From a virus (taxonomy: Duplodnaviria > Caudoviricetes): a stretch of DNA of 64,000 nucleotides. The first letter of the stretch is position 1. Every line of letters starts with the position of its first letter. The stretch is from positions 256,001-320,000 of IMG/VR virus record IMGVR_UViG_3300037067_018912; one strand, written 5' to 3'. A program made the translations under genes and the position numbers. The notes beneath the pieces were generated by a model that was not told the origin of the DNA, ran no database searches, and was given only the letters and a program-made list of their open reading frames with translations. Positions 18,768-27,365 of this stretch are shown piece after piece.

Positions 18768-18840
18768 GGTGGTGTGGCGCAATGGTCAGCGCAGGACTCT
18801 TATAAGGTCAAGGTTGGGGGTTCAAGTCCCTTCACCACTA
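18768..18840 (+). tRNA. tRNA-Ile(TAT)
   Basis: GACT-CT TAT AA-GGTC. Confidence 0.88.
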
Positions 18841-18847
18841 CAAAAAT

Positions 18848-18932
18848 GTTTGGTTAGTCAAGTGGCCGACGACAGCAGGCTGTTAACCTGCCGAGAGAAA
18901 TCCCATCGTAGGTTCGAATCCTACATCAAACG
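18848..18932 (+). tRNA. tRNA-Asn(GTT) with long variable region
   Basis: GCAGG-CT GTT AA-CCTGC plus 16-nt variable region. Confidence 0.88.
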
Positions 18933-18978
18933 CAAATCATTTCCAAACCCTTATAGTATTTATGTGAAAATTAATGAT

Positions 18979-19230
18979 ATGAAGAAGGTTTGGGAAAGTC
19001 TCAAGTGGTTTTTCAGCAGATGGATGCTCGTGTTGGTTGTGCTTATTGTATTGGGGATAATCGCAACGTTCATAATAAAATTCACAACACATACAGAAGA
19101 ACCATACAAAATTCCATTGTTCATCATCGGTGGTTGGGGGGTATTTGTCGTTCTCTTCACTTGGGTGAGAGAGATTTATTGGAAAATTGCAGGTAAAGGT
19201 GATTATGCTAAAAAGGACGAAAAGAAATGA
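18979..19230 (+). CDS. small two-TM membrane protein
   Basis: Two hydrophobic stretches; GTATTTAT 23 nt upstream. Confidence 0.75.
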   Translation: MKKVWESLKWFFSRWMLVLVVLIVLGIIATFIIKFTTHTEEPYKIPLFIIGGWGVFVVLFTWVREIYWKIAGKGDYAKKDEKK

Positions 19231-19604
19231 ATATAATTTCGATTCTATTATTCTTTTTCGCCGGGGTTTGCAATGCCTGCATGGATGTATTAAGAACGAG
19301 ATATAACACTTCTACATTTCGTTTTTGGCGGAATCAGAATTGGGTGAACCCGGCATTATCATGGCCGAATAAATGGAAGCCAAAGTCGAAATTCGGTGAT
19401 CTTATTATGTCGACAGTCCTTGTATGGGTAACTGATTTTTGGCATATGTGTAAAATGTTGATGATTCTTTGTTTTACAATGGGAGCGATTTTTTATCAAC
19501 CAATTTTTGACTTTTCAAAATTTTGGTTGGATTTGTTGATTTTATATTTTATATTCACAGGAACATTTGAACTGTTTTTCAGCAAAGTGCTAATAAAGAA
19601 ATGA
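19227..19604 (+). CDS. membrane protein
   Basis: Hydrophobic, TDFWHMCK motif, overlaps previous stop. Confidence 0.75.
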   Translation: MNIISILLFFFAGVCNACMDVLRTRYNTSTFRFWRNQNWVNPALSWPNKWKPKSKFGDLIMSTVLVWVTDFWHMCKMLMILCFTMGAIFYQPIFDFSKFWLDLLILYFIFTGTFELFFSKVLIKK

Positions 19605-19632
19605 CAATCATGTAAAATAATAAAGGGACATA

Positions 19633-20544
19633 TTGATGATCAAGATTTTCAAAACTTTCGGCGGGTGCGAAAGCGCAACCAAATTGGAAAAGGGATGTTG
19701 GATAGATGTGATTCAACCTACACAAGACGAGATTGAAGAAATAATAAACGGTTTTAACCTGCCCCCCGATAGTATACAAGACATTCTTGACGCCGATGAA
19801 ATGCCCCGTCTTGAAATCGACGACACTTACACCTTGATCATCATGCGTATTCCGGTGGAGAATTCACAAAACGGAATACCTTATTACACAATACCTCTTG
19901 GAATTTTTGTGACGGAAGATTTCACAATCACGATTTGTAATCAGGACAATGAAATCATTCAACCGAAACAATTGAGTAGCACGGCGGACACATACAATTT
20001 TATTTTGAAATTTTTTGTCAGATCAGCGAGTGTTTTTTTGAAATACCTTAAACAAATCAATCAACAGACAAGTCAAATCGAAAAGGATTTGGAAGAATCA
20101 ATTAAGAACAGTGAATTGAAAAAACTGTTGAAGATGGAAAAATGCCTTGTGTACTTCATTACTGCAATAAAATCGAATGAAATCGTCCTTCACCGTTTAA
20201 AAAACTCGAAAAGGATCACGGGTGAAATCAATGAAGACCTTTATGAGGACGCATTGATTGAAAACAGGCAGGCACTTGAAATGGCGCAGATATATTCAGA
20301 CATCTTGAGCGGGATGATGGACGCATTTGCCTCGATCATTTCGAACAACCTAAATGTGATAATGAAGAAATTGACGCTCATTTCAATAATACTCATGATC
20401 CCGACCCTTATCGCAAGTATATTCGGAATGAACATTCCGAATTTCATGGAAGGTTCAAATTGGGCGTTGCCTTCAATAATAATATTATCCCTATCACTGT
20501 CTTTGATCAGTGTGAAACTGATGAGAAACAAGCAGTGGTTTTAA
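19633..20544 (+). CDS. corA: CorA-family Mg2+ transporter
   Basis: WIDVIQPT, LDADEMPRLE, NNLNVIMKKLT, FGMN signature, two C-terminal TMs. Confidence 0.92.
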   Translation: MMIKIFKTFGGCESATKLEKGCWIDVIQPTQDEIEEIINGFNLPPDSIQDILDADEMPRLEIDDTYTLIIMRIPVENSQNGIPYYTIPLGIFVTEDFTITICNQDNEIIQPKQLSSTADTYNFILKFFVRSASVFLKYLKQINQQTSQIEKDLEESIKNSELKKLLKMEKCLVYFITAIKSNEIVLHRLKNSKRITGEINEDLYEDALIENRQALEMAQIYSDILSGMMDAFASIISNNLNVIMKKLTLISIILMIPTLIASIFGMNIPNFMEGSNWALPSIIILSLSLSLISVKLMRNKQWF

Positions 20545-20548
20545 AAAT

Positions 20549-20632
20549 GCCGATATCGCATAGTTGGTCAATTGCGCCGCACTTGTAATGCGGAGAAGAA
20601 ATTCTTCGTGGGTTCGAATCCCGCTATCGGCT
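20549..20632 (+). tRNA. tRNA-Thr(TGT) with long variable arm
   Basis: CCGCA-CT TGT AA-TGCGG, AGAA-GAAA-TTCT arm. Confidence 0.9.
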
Positions 20633-20734
20633 CAAAAGTAGGTGAAAAAGCGAAAGGATAACCTTCGGTATCAGGAAAACCTTTCACGGGTGCGGGAATA
20701 GACCGACTTGAACCGCACCCCGCTTATTTAAGTT

Positions 20735-20806
20735 GCCGATATAGCACAGCGGTAGTGCACCTGTTTCGTAAACAGGGGGTCGCAGGTTCAAATCCCGCTA
20801 TCGGCT
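20735..20806 (+). tRNA. tRNA-Thr(CGT)
   Basis: CCTGT-TT CGT AA-ACAGG. Confidence 0.92.
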
Positions 20807-20846
20807 CAAATCCTTGCTATTCTCCCTAATTTTTCCTAATTTTAAT

Positions 20847-20918
20847 GCCTCTATAGTTCAAGGGACAGAACAGAAGTTTTCTAAACTTCCGATCATGGTT
20901 CGAGTCCATGTGGGGGTA
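20847..20918 (+). tRNA. tRNA-Arg(TCT)
   Basis: GAAGT-TT TCT AA-ACTTC, A20 in D loop. Confidence 0.9.
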
Positions 20919-20932
20919 CTAAATAAATTAAA

Positions 20933-21166
20933 ATGTATACAGTTATCTGCCCGAAATGCAAGAAGTCCTTCACTGTGTCGGGTGACACCGAATACGTTCT
21001 TTGTTGCGATGAGGTGATATTCATCCCATCTAATGGTCCTGAAATGAAAGGCATCACTTTCCAATGCATACAGGAGGGGTTAATGAGGGATGGACGCAAC
21101 GTCGACCGGATATTTCTTGGTGATCCAAATGAAAGTATTGCACCCGATCCATACGAAGGATTGTGA
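20933..21166 (+). CDS. small Cys-motif protein
   Basis: CPKC...LCC. Confidence 0.6.
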   Translation: MYTVICPKCKKSFTVSGDTEYVLCCDEVIFIPSNGPEMKGITFQCIQEGLMRDGRNVDRIFLGDPNESIAPDPYEGL

Positions 21167-21329
21167 TGCGTTTTACGGTAAAGAAAATGAACGGCAAGGT
21201 CGCCTTTATGAATGAAAACAAAAGGTGGGTCAAACTCAATGGTTACGCTTTCCTTGATGAATACGGCCATTGCATCATAATTGTTTATGGTGAAGCGAGA
21301 ATGAAAGATGTTGAAAAGTATTTAAGTAT

Positions 21330-21401
21330 GCCCCTGTAGTTCAATGGACAGAACGGAAGTTTCCTAAACTTTAAATTCGAGTTCGATTCTCGGTGGGGGT
21401 A
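21330..21401 (+). tRNA. tRNA-Arg(CCT)
   Basis: GAAGT-TT CCT AA-ACTTT. Confidence 0.9.
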
Positions 21402-21493
21402 CAAAAACAGACAAATATTATCCGTCAATATGCAAAAACGTATAATAACCGGATAATAAATATCCTTATATGTAAAAGCATATAATAACATTC

Positions 21494-21565
21494 GCTCCCG
21501 TAGTTCAACGGATAGAACGCAAGTTTCCGGAACTTGTGATGCAAGTTCGATTCTTGTCGGGAGTA
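21494..21565 (+). tRNA. tRNA-Arg(CCG)
   Basis: CAAGT-TT CCG GA-ACTTG. Confidence 0.92.
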
Positions 21566-21592
21566 CAAGGTATTTATGTGAAAAGTAAATCA

Positions 21593-22069
21593 ATGAACAA
21601 CACCAAATTGAATGAAGAGATTCTGACCGCATACCGGGGTGGTGGGGAAATGCCGAGTCAAAGAAGGCTTTGGTACTTTACAACAAACGTCAAATATGCA
21701 AATTGGTTCAAGAGATACGCTTCCCTTGGAAAAGGCAAATTGTTTAAAGCGGATATAAGCACGGACAACCTTCTCGATTTGAGGTTTGTGACAAAACAGT
21801 TGAATTATCTTGATCTTCATTACATTTTAAAAAACAATGGAATAAGACCACCAAAATTCGTAATTGAAAACATTGAAGCGGGTTATGGTGGATACAAAGG
21901 TAATCTTTGGGAGTTCTTGAAAGAAGACAATGAATTGTGGGACAACATCTCAGAGAAATACGACGGAGTTATTTTCACCGAGACGAATCCGGAAGCGAGA
22001 CATACGGGCAAGGCGGAGACTATAATAATTGATATGATCAAGCACCCGGTCGAATATGAAGAAGTATAA
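21593..22069 (+). CDS. putative ADP-ribosyltransferase-fold protein
   Basis: AYRGG...WYFTTNVKYA...YDGVIF pattern of ART-like phage domains; LNEEI N-terminus. Confidence 0.55.
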   Translation: MNNTKLNEEILTAYRGGGEMPSQRRLWYFTTNVKYANWFKRYASLGKGKLFKADISTDNLLDLRFVTKQLNYLDLHYILKNNGIRPPKFVIENIEAGYGGYKGNLWEFLKEDNELWDNISEKYDGVIFTETNPEARHTGKAETIIIDMIKHPVEYEEV

Positions 22070-22072
22070 TAT

Positions 22073-22146
22073 GCACCTGTAGTGTAACTGGACAACACGT
22101 CTGACTACGGATCAGGAGATTGAGGGTTCGAATCCTTTCAGGTGTA
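22073..22146 (+). tRNA. tRNA-Arg(ACG)
   Basis: TCTGA-CT ACG GA-TCAGG. Confidence 0.92.
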
Positions 22147-22256
22147 CTAAAACCATAAGCCTATAGTCCAATATTCGAGAGTAACTTCTCAGAAGGGCAC
22201 GGTGTACAACGGAATTCAGGTATGAAATCCTGATGGGAACAACTTATGGTTTAATT

Positions 22257-22329
22257 GCAGAAATGGCGCAATCGGTAGCGCATGGCCTTCCCAAGGCCAG
22301 GGTTGCGGGTTCGAGACCCGTTTTCTGCT
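22257..22329 (+). tRNA. tRNA-Gly(CCC)
   Basis: TGGCC-TT CCC AA-GGCCA. Confidence 0.92.
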
Positions 22330-22337
22330 CAAATTTT

Positions 22338-22412
22338 GCGGGAATAGCACAGTGGTAGTGCGTTTGCTTGCCAAGCAAAAGGTCGTGAGTTCAAGCCTCA
22401 TTTCCCGCTCCA
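22338..22412 (+). tRNA. tRNA-Gly(GCC)
   Basis: TTTGC-TT GCC AA-GCAAA, encoded CCA. Confidence 0.93.
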
Positions 22413-22413
22413 T

Positions 22414-22486
22414 GCGAGATTAGCACAGTTGGTTAGTGTATCGGCTTGCCATGCCGGGAACGTGGGTTCGAATCCCATATCTTGCT
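22414..22486 (+). tRNA. tRNA-Gly(GCC), second copy
   Basis: TCGGC-TT GCC AT-GCCGG. Confidence 0.88.
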
Positions 22487-22501
22487 CAAAATTATGTTGT
22501 T

Positions 22502-23215
22502 ATGTCATTTACTTTTACACTTAAATCAACAGGAGAAGAGATAACACTCCCAACACCAAGCGGTGGTCCGGTTGAAATTGACTCTTTACCTTCCGAACCA
22601 TTGGAAATGAAGTACAGGACGATCGTGGTATCTGACCTGCACATTTTCAGAGATGATTCGAAATACAAAGAGTGTTTTAAATTTTTGATATACAATCCCT
22701 CGGAGAAGATCATCCTGAACGGTGATATCTTCGATTTCCTGCACCTGCTCAAGCATTGGTCGAATTATAAAAAGTACAAATACGTCATGCGAGGGTTCAG
22801 GATATTCATGAAGGAGAGGGGGACAAAGGTGATCTTCCTCGTCGGCAATCACGACTATCATTATTACCTGTTGAAGATCATACAACCCTTCCTGGGGATC
22901 AAAATTAGAAAATTTTATACTTTCGAATCAATTGCCGGGAGGATTCATGCCACACACGGAGATTGGATACCCTACGTGTTAAAGATCAAAAGGTTCTTCA
23001 ATAAAACAATCAAGATATCCGGCAACGAGGATGATGATTACGTCCTCTACGGATTATTAAAGAAATACAATGTCCTCATTTGCGGACACACACATGAACC
23101 GCTGTACAGGATTTACAACAACCTCCTCTACATCAACACAGGCGATTGGGTGAGCGATAACATGGCCGCCGTGGAAGAATTCGACGGGAGTTGGCATTTG
23201 ATACAAACACAATAA
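22502..23215 (+). CDS. calcineurin-like metallophosphoesterase (LpxH-like)
   Basis: SDLH, NGDIFD, GNHD, THGD, CGHTH, NTGDW. Confidence 0.88.
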   Translation: MSFTFTLKSTGEEITLPTPSGGPVEIDSLPSEPLEMKYRTIVVSDLHIFRDDSKYKECFKFLIYNPSEKIILNGDIFDFLHLLKHWSNYKKYKYVMRGFRIFMKERGTKVIFLVGNHDYHYYLLKIIQPFLGIKIRKFYTFESIAGRIHATHGDWIPYVLKIKRFFNKTIKISGNEDDDYVLYGLLKKYNVLICGHTHEPLYRIYNNLLYINTGDWVSDNMAAVEEFDGSWHLIQTQ

Positions 23216-23222
23216 GAACGGT

Positions 23223-23537
23223 ATGAAAGGGATCATAAAATACAATACCAGGTTTTACAAAAAATCTGATAAACCCCTCAAAGAGGGTGATTTAGTTAAA
23301 CTTGAATGTAAAAGAGGTAGCGATTATTTCAAATACAATGGAATATATACCGTCAACAAATGGAACGAAATATTAGTTCCACTTAAAGAAGAAAACGGTA
23401 AAAAATATAATCTTTGTATTAAACTTGGATACAACGTTTTTAAACACGAGGAATACTCCAAATTGGTTGAGGTTCAAAGAAGGAAGTCCCTTCCAAAACC
23501 AGTGAAAGAAGAACAAATGTGTGGTTATACAATATGA
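23223..23537 (+). CDS. hypothetical protein
   Basis: 104-aa ORF. Confidence 0.65.
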   Translation: MKGIIKYNTRFYKKSDKPLKEGDLVKLECKRGSDYFKYNGIYTVNKWNEILVPLKEENGKKYNLCIKLGYNVFKHEEYSKLVEVQRRKSLPKPVKEEQMCGYTI

Positions 23538-23554
23538 TCTACCCCACCACACAA

Positions 23555-23813
23555 AAAACATAGCACAGAGGATTCATCGCTTGTTCAATAAAATCGTCTG
23601 TTCACTGTACGTGAACATTCAAAAATATTGAACAAGAGGAAGTTCGGGACACCACTGCTGAAGGCGGGAGATTCAACGCTAATCGGGATCGCCAATACCG
23701 CCGAGGGTGCAAGCCAAACAGTTTGAGACGGTGAGCAGGTCTTTGAGAACGGGTTGGTGCGTAGATAAATGATGATTAACAACAGAATCCCGGCTACGCT
23801 CATGCTATGTTTT
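23555..23813 (+). ncRNA. rnpB: RNase P RNA, short form with reduced specificity domain
   Basis: P1 AAACATAGCA/TGCTATGTTT; P3 CTTGTTCAATA/TATTGAACAAG; GAGGAAGTTCGGGA and AACAGAATCCCGGCTA (P4); TAGATAAATGA. Confidence 0.85.
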
Positions 23814-23969
23814 AAAATTTTTGACGAATGAATCGAAATCAGTGACGAATGGATGAGAATCATTAATGAAATTAATGTGTTTTAGTCATAATTTAGTCTT
23901 GAAACTCTTATCATTGTAACAAGTCCGGTTTTTTTTCGTATCTTTGTCAGGTAATCAAAACAATCTTGC

Positions 23970-24281
23970 ATGACAACATTATTGAAAAAGGATATCAAAC
24001 GGGAGACGTTCTCCGTAACAGACTTCAAAGGCAACGTAATGATCGTTACCCTAAAAGCGGGTGACATGATCGAGTTCAGAGCGAAAGGTAAGAGGATCAA
24101 GTACGAAGTACCGCTTGCCGCCTGTTTCAACTTGGCAATGATCTATTCCGCACACGAGCGATATAAGGAAAGGATTAAACGCTACGAGGATGGTCGCAAG
24201 GAAGGCCGGAAAATGAAAAGGCCAAGATTGATGCCAAGGATTTTCAATGAAAGATTGTATCAGGCATTGAAATTAATTTAA
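23970..24281 (+). CDS. hypothetical basic protein
   Basis: 103-aa ORF behind ECF-type promoter at 23915. Confidence 0.75.
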   Translation: MTTLLKKDIKRETFSVTDFKGNVMIVTLKAGDMIEFRAKGKRIKYEVPLAACFNLAMIYSAHERYKERIKRYEDGRKEGRKMKRPRLMPRIFNERLYQALKLI

Positions 24282-24439
24282 TATATTTGTGTTATGACAT
24301 CGGAGAGTAAGAGAAAGAAGGAGAAAAACAACACGCATAGTGCCAACGGGTTTGCGTTGAAAGAGCATGAATGTAAAATGAAAAGAGCATTGTATTTCAA
24401 TTCATCAAAAAGACAAAAACTCAAAAAAATCGACACCGA

Positions 24440-24808
24440 ATGAACCAAGAATTATGGGAAATATTAGTCCCCTCTTTCAGTAACGGTGGTGAAAAATTTC
24501 CGCTCGAACACCATAAGAAATGGGATGCCTTTGTCAAGAAGATCGCAAAAGGCGTGACGATCATGAAAACTGCCAAAGGTGAATGGGTTAGTCCGACCGG
24601 ACAGGTCTATATGGACAGAATGATCCCATGCCGAATCATTTGTAATGAAAGTCAAATGGATAAAATTATTGATTTCACTATTGAGCATTACGACCAAGAG
24701 GCTGTTCTTGCGTACAAGATTTCGGACAACGTGATCCTGCGCCACAGGAATGACAAGAGCATTAACGAGGACGTCCAAAGACTTTGGAATCAAAGAAACT
24801 ACAGATGA
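24440..24808 (+). CDS. hypothetical phage protein
   Basis: 122-aa ORF. Confidence 0.75.
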   Translation: MNQELWEILVPSFSNGGEKFPLEHHKKWDAFVKKIAKGVTIMKTAKGEWVSPTGQVYMDRMIPCRIICNESQMDKIIDFTIEHYDQEAVLAYKISDNVILRHRNDKSINEDVQRLWNQRNYR

Positions 24809-25002
24809 TACCAATTAAGGATATATTACCTTGTCCGTTTTGCGGAGCACAGGTGAAAGATCATCCGAATCCGATAACCAGTAAGGAATTTTTTATGGTA
24901 AGGCACATGAATGGTTGTTATTTCTTAAAAAATAATTCATCGGATTTCACCTTATTATTGAAAAACGATTATTATATAAAAAGTTGGAATAAAAGAATAT
25001 AA
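24805..25002 (+). CDS. zinc-ribbon protein (Lar-like N-terminus)
   Basis: LPCPFCG. Confidence 0.55.
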   Translation: MIPIKDILPCPFCGAQVKDHPNPITSKEFFMVRHMNGCYFLKNNSSDFTLLLKNDYYIKSWNKRI

Positions 25003-25004
25003 TC

Positions 25005-25196
25005 ATGGGAATGTTCGGTGAAATACATGCAGGAATGAATGCTGAACAATTGGAAAAAATCCTTTTGGAGGCAATAAAGGAAAATGACACCATCAAAGCA
25101 TTTGCAAAAAAACATCTGTATCAGTGGTATCTGTCCGAATGCAGTGAAGCGTTCCGTGAATCGAACCATGAAATAAAAGATGAATTTGAAGATTAA
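25005..25196 (+). CDS. hypothetical protein
   Basis: 63-aa ORF in operon. Confidence 0.6.
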   Translation: MGMFGEIHAGMNAEQLEKILLEAIKENDTIKAFAKKHLYQWYLSECSEAFRESNHEIKDEFED

Positions 25197-25413
25197 AAAC
25201 ATGGAAATTGAAACAGTAAACGATTTGGCAGAACAGATAGCCGACTGGATTGGCATCTATGGCGGCTGTAAATCAGATGGGGAAAGTGGTTGCACATACG
25301 ATAAATTCAAAAATCCTTGTTGCTGCCGCACAGGTTTTATCACCGCTATGGAGGAAAGGATAAGAGAAGCGGTGGAGAATGAAAAAAAACTCGAACAAGC
25401 GGGTTTGAAATAA
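25180..25413 (+). CDS. Cys-rich hypothetical protein
   Basis: 77-aa ORF, PCCCR. Confidence 0.6.
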   Translation: MNLKIKNMEIETVNDLAEQIADWIGIYGGCKSDGESGCTYDKFKNPCCCRTGFITAMEERIREAVENEKKLEQAGLK

Positions 25414-25418
25414 AATAA

Positions 25419-25507
25419 GGAAGGGTGGGTGAGTGGCTGAAACCACCTGTTTGCTAAACAGACGTGCGGGGCAACCTGCACCGGGGGTTCAAATCCCCCT
25501 CCTTCCG
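25419..25507 (+). tRNA. tRNA-Ser(GCT)
   Basis: CTGT-TT GCT AA-ACAG, long variable arm. Confidence 0.92.
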
Positions 25508-25547
25508 CAAAAAATACTCCCACATTTTGTTGAGTATTTATACGTAA

Positions 25548-25748
25548 ATGGATTTCATGTGGGAGTATGAAAGAAAGGACTTCAAATTCAGATGGTATGC
25601 TGATCTTGTTATGTTTTTGAATGAGAAAGGCAAGGAGGGTTGGCAAGTGATTTGGTACGAAGAGGAAAGACCCGGAAAATTTGATGTCGAGATTACGGCG
25701 AAGATATTATTTAAACGGTTAAAGGATGAAACTACTCGAACAGGTTAA
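25548..25748 (+). CDS. DUF4177-like small protein
   Basis: WEYE...LNEKGKEGWQVI...LFKR pattern. Confidence 0.6.
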   Translation: MDFMWEYERKDFKFRWYADLVMFLNEKGKEGWQVIWYEEERPGKFDVEITAKILFKRLKDETTRTG

Positions 25749-26142
25749 AATGGTGTTCGTCAAGCATGAATGGAGACCCCTCGAAATTCCAGCAGGTCAC
25801 AAGAACCTTTACAGGTATCTTGACGAATTCCCCGAAGAACGAAAAAGCGATAAATACTCCTCTCCCAAGGACGACAGGTATTTCATAAACAAATACAGAA
25901 AGCACATCCCGCCAGGATGGTACGGATTCTCCCTCGGCAACCCAATAATTCCAGTATGGTGCGACATCATTGAAGAAGTGATTGAACTTTGCATTACAAA
26001 CGACCCGGACTTTGAAATTCATCAAATCAAAGTTAAGATGGGTCGGATATGTTTTTACACCGACAGTAACATTATTGAAGACACGGACGAGATCGACATG
26101 TTCTTTGAAAGAACTTTGTCCGATCCGGCATTGGTTTATTGA
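25726..26142 (+). CDS. hypothetical phage protein
   Basis: 138-aa ORF, QIKVKMGRICFY. Confidence 0.7.
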   Translation: MKLLEQVKMVFVKHEWRPLEIPAGHKNLYRYLDEFPEERKSDKYSSPKDDRYFINKYRKHIPPGWYGFSLGNPIIPVWCDIIEEVIELCITNDPDFEIHQIKVKMGRICFYTDSNIIEDTDEIDMFFERTLSDPALVY

Positions 26143-26170
26143 AACTTTTTTCATCCATACACGTATTATA

Positions 26171-26443
26171 ATGCCGAAGGACTTTGAATTATTGAAACGG
26201 ACGTACCCGGTGTCGGAGTTTGACAGATTTTGTGATGGTTATGATTACATCATGGCCAACAGTACGCCGGAGGAACGGAAGGAGTGGGGTATTAAGGAAG
26301 ACGAATTGGAACGGGTGATCAAAGAAGGAGAGAAGTACATCTACCAAGTGGCCACGGAAGGTGAGGAATTCAAGACGATGTGCCTGTGTTTTAAGAATTA
26401 TGAGATCATCCGGAAGAAGATATTTAAACTCGAAGACGACTGA
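26171..26443 (+). CDS. hypothetical protein
   Basis: ATG 5 nt after TGAAAC-N16-CGTA (26140-26165), so nearly leaderless. Confidence 0.7.
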   Translation: MPKDFELLKRTYPVSEFDRFCDGYDYIMANSTPEERKEWGIKEDELERVIKEGEKYIYQVATEGEEFKTMCLCFKNYEIIRKKIFKLEDD

Positions 26444-26458
26444 TAACACTATAATACT

Positions 26459-26719
26459 ATGAAAGATTTTCCAAGATTTTGGTTCGAAGGTAATTTATAC
26501 TTTGGTTGGGTAAATAACCTTGATGAATTAAATGTTGTGTTCGAATACTATAAAGAAGGTCATATGACCAAAGACGAAGTTCTCGACAAAGCGGTAAGTC
26601 TTGAAGATGAGGACAAGAGTGGAAAACACACGGAGTTTGGTTTAAGAATCGAACATCGGGGCAGCATGACCTTACGCCAATTCTTGGAAGAGAAAGGGGT
26701 TGACTATGGAAAAGAATAA
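26459..26719 (+). CDS. hypothetical protein
   Basis: 86-aa ORF. Confidence 0.65.
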   Translation: MKDFPRFWFEGNLYFGWVNNLDELNVVFEYYKEGHMTKDEVLDKAVSLEDEDKSGKHTEFGLRIEHRGSMTLRQFLEEKGVDYGKE

Positions 26720-26903
26720 ACGGATGACGACAAGACAACTGTTTAAGGAATTCCTTGATTTTGCTTGCGAAATCGGCGGTGTCGTTTTGTACATTGGGGT
26801 GATCTTATGTGCCATTTCCTACAAGGCGTATGGGATTATCCCGGTTTGCGTGGCAGGTATTGCCTGCACGCTGTACACAACGCTTCGTAAGGGGTGTAAC
26901 TAA
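26706..26903 (+). CDS. small membrane protein
   Basis: Two hydrophobic segments. Confidence 0.6.
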   Translation: MEKNKRMTTRQLFKEFLDFACEIGGVVLYIGVILCAISYKAYGIIPVCVAGIACTLYTTLRKGCN

Positions 26904-26906
26904 GAC

Positions 26907-26979
26907 GGTTCTGTAACTTAATCGGCTAAAGTAGCAGTCTCTAAAACTGTGTTTGCGGGTTCGAACCCCGCCAGGATCA
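26907..26979 (+). tRNA. amber suppressor tRNA (anticodon CTA)
   Basis: GCAGT-CT CTA AA-ACTGT; GGTTCTG/CAGGATC acceptor; GCGGG-TTCGAAC-CCCGC T arm. Confidence 0.9.
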
Positions 26980-26995
26980 CCTATATATTTTTACA

Positions 26996-27310
26996 ATGAG
27001 TAGAACGAATAAAGACCTAAAAAGTCATAAAACAGGGATTGGCAGATATGGAAGAAAACCTCAAAGAAAACTCACTCCCTTTATTCATGATGCAAATAAA
27101 ATCGTAGGCAAAAATGAAGTTTTATCGTGCTTGCCTGACAACGATATTAAACAAGATGATTTCGAAAAGGGATATCATTGGCACAATGCAAAAGCAGTAC
27201 GTGCGATAAGAAAGAAAATCCGTGCCGAAAGGGGTTATGAAAAATCCAAAGCAAGGGGAAGAATTAAACAATTTGACAAAAAAATTTGTGAAACTCAAAA
27301 ATTTGATTAA
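26996..27310 (+). CDS. basic K/R-rich hypothetical protein
   Basis: MSRTNKD..., 104 aa. Confidence 0.7.
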   Translation: MSRTNKDLKSHKTGIGRYGRKPQRKLTPFIHDANKIVGKNEVLSCLPDNDIKQDDFEKGYHWHNAKAVRAIRKKIRAERGYEKSKARGRIKQFDKKICETQKFD

Positions 27311-27365
27311 TTTTGTTCGCTCAAGTATTTATGTTTTTAAACATTAACAACTAAAATTTTTAATC

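Noticed and set aside
20847-20918. Second amber suppressor (TTCTAAA in the loop region)
   Set aside because: The stem register GAAGT/ACTTC places TCT at the anticodon, and the D loop has the Arg A20 determinant.
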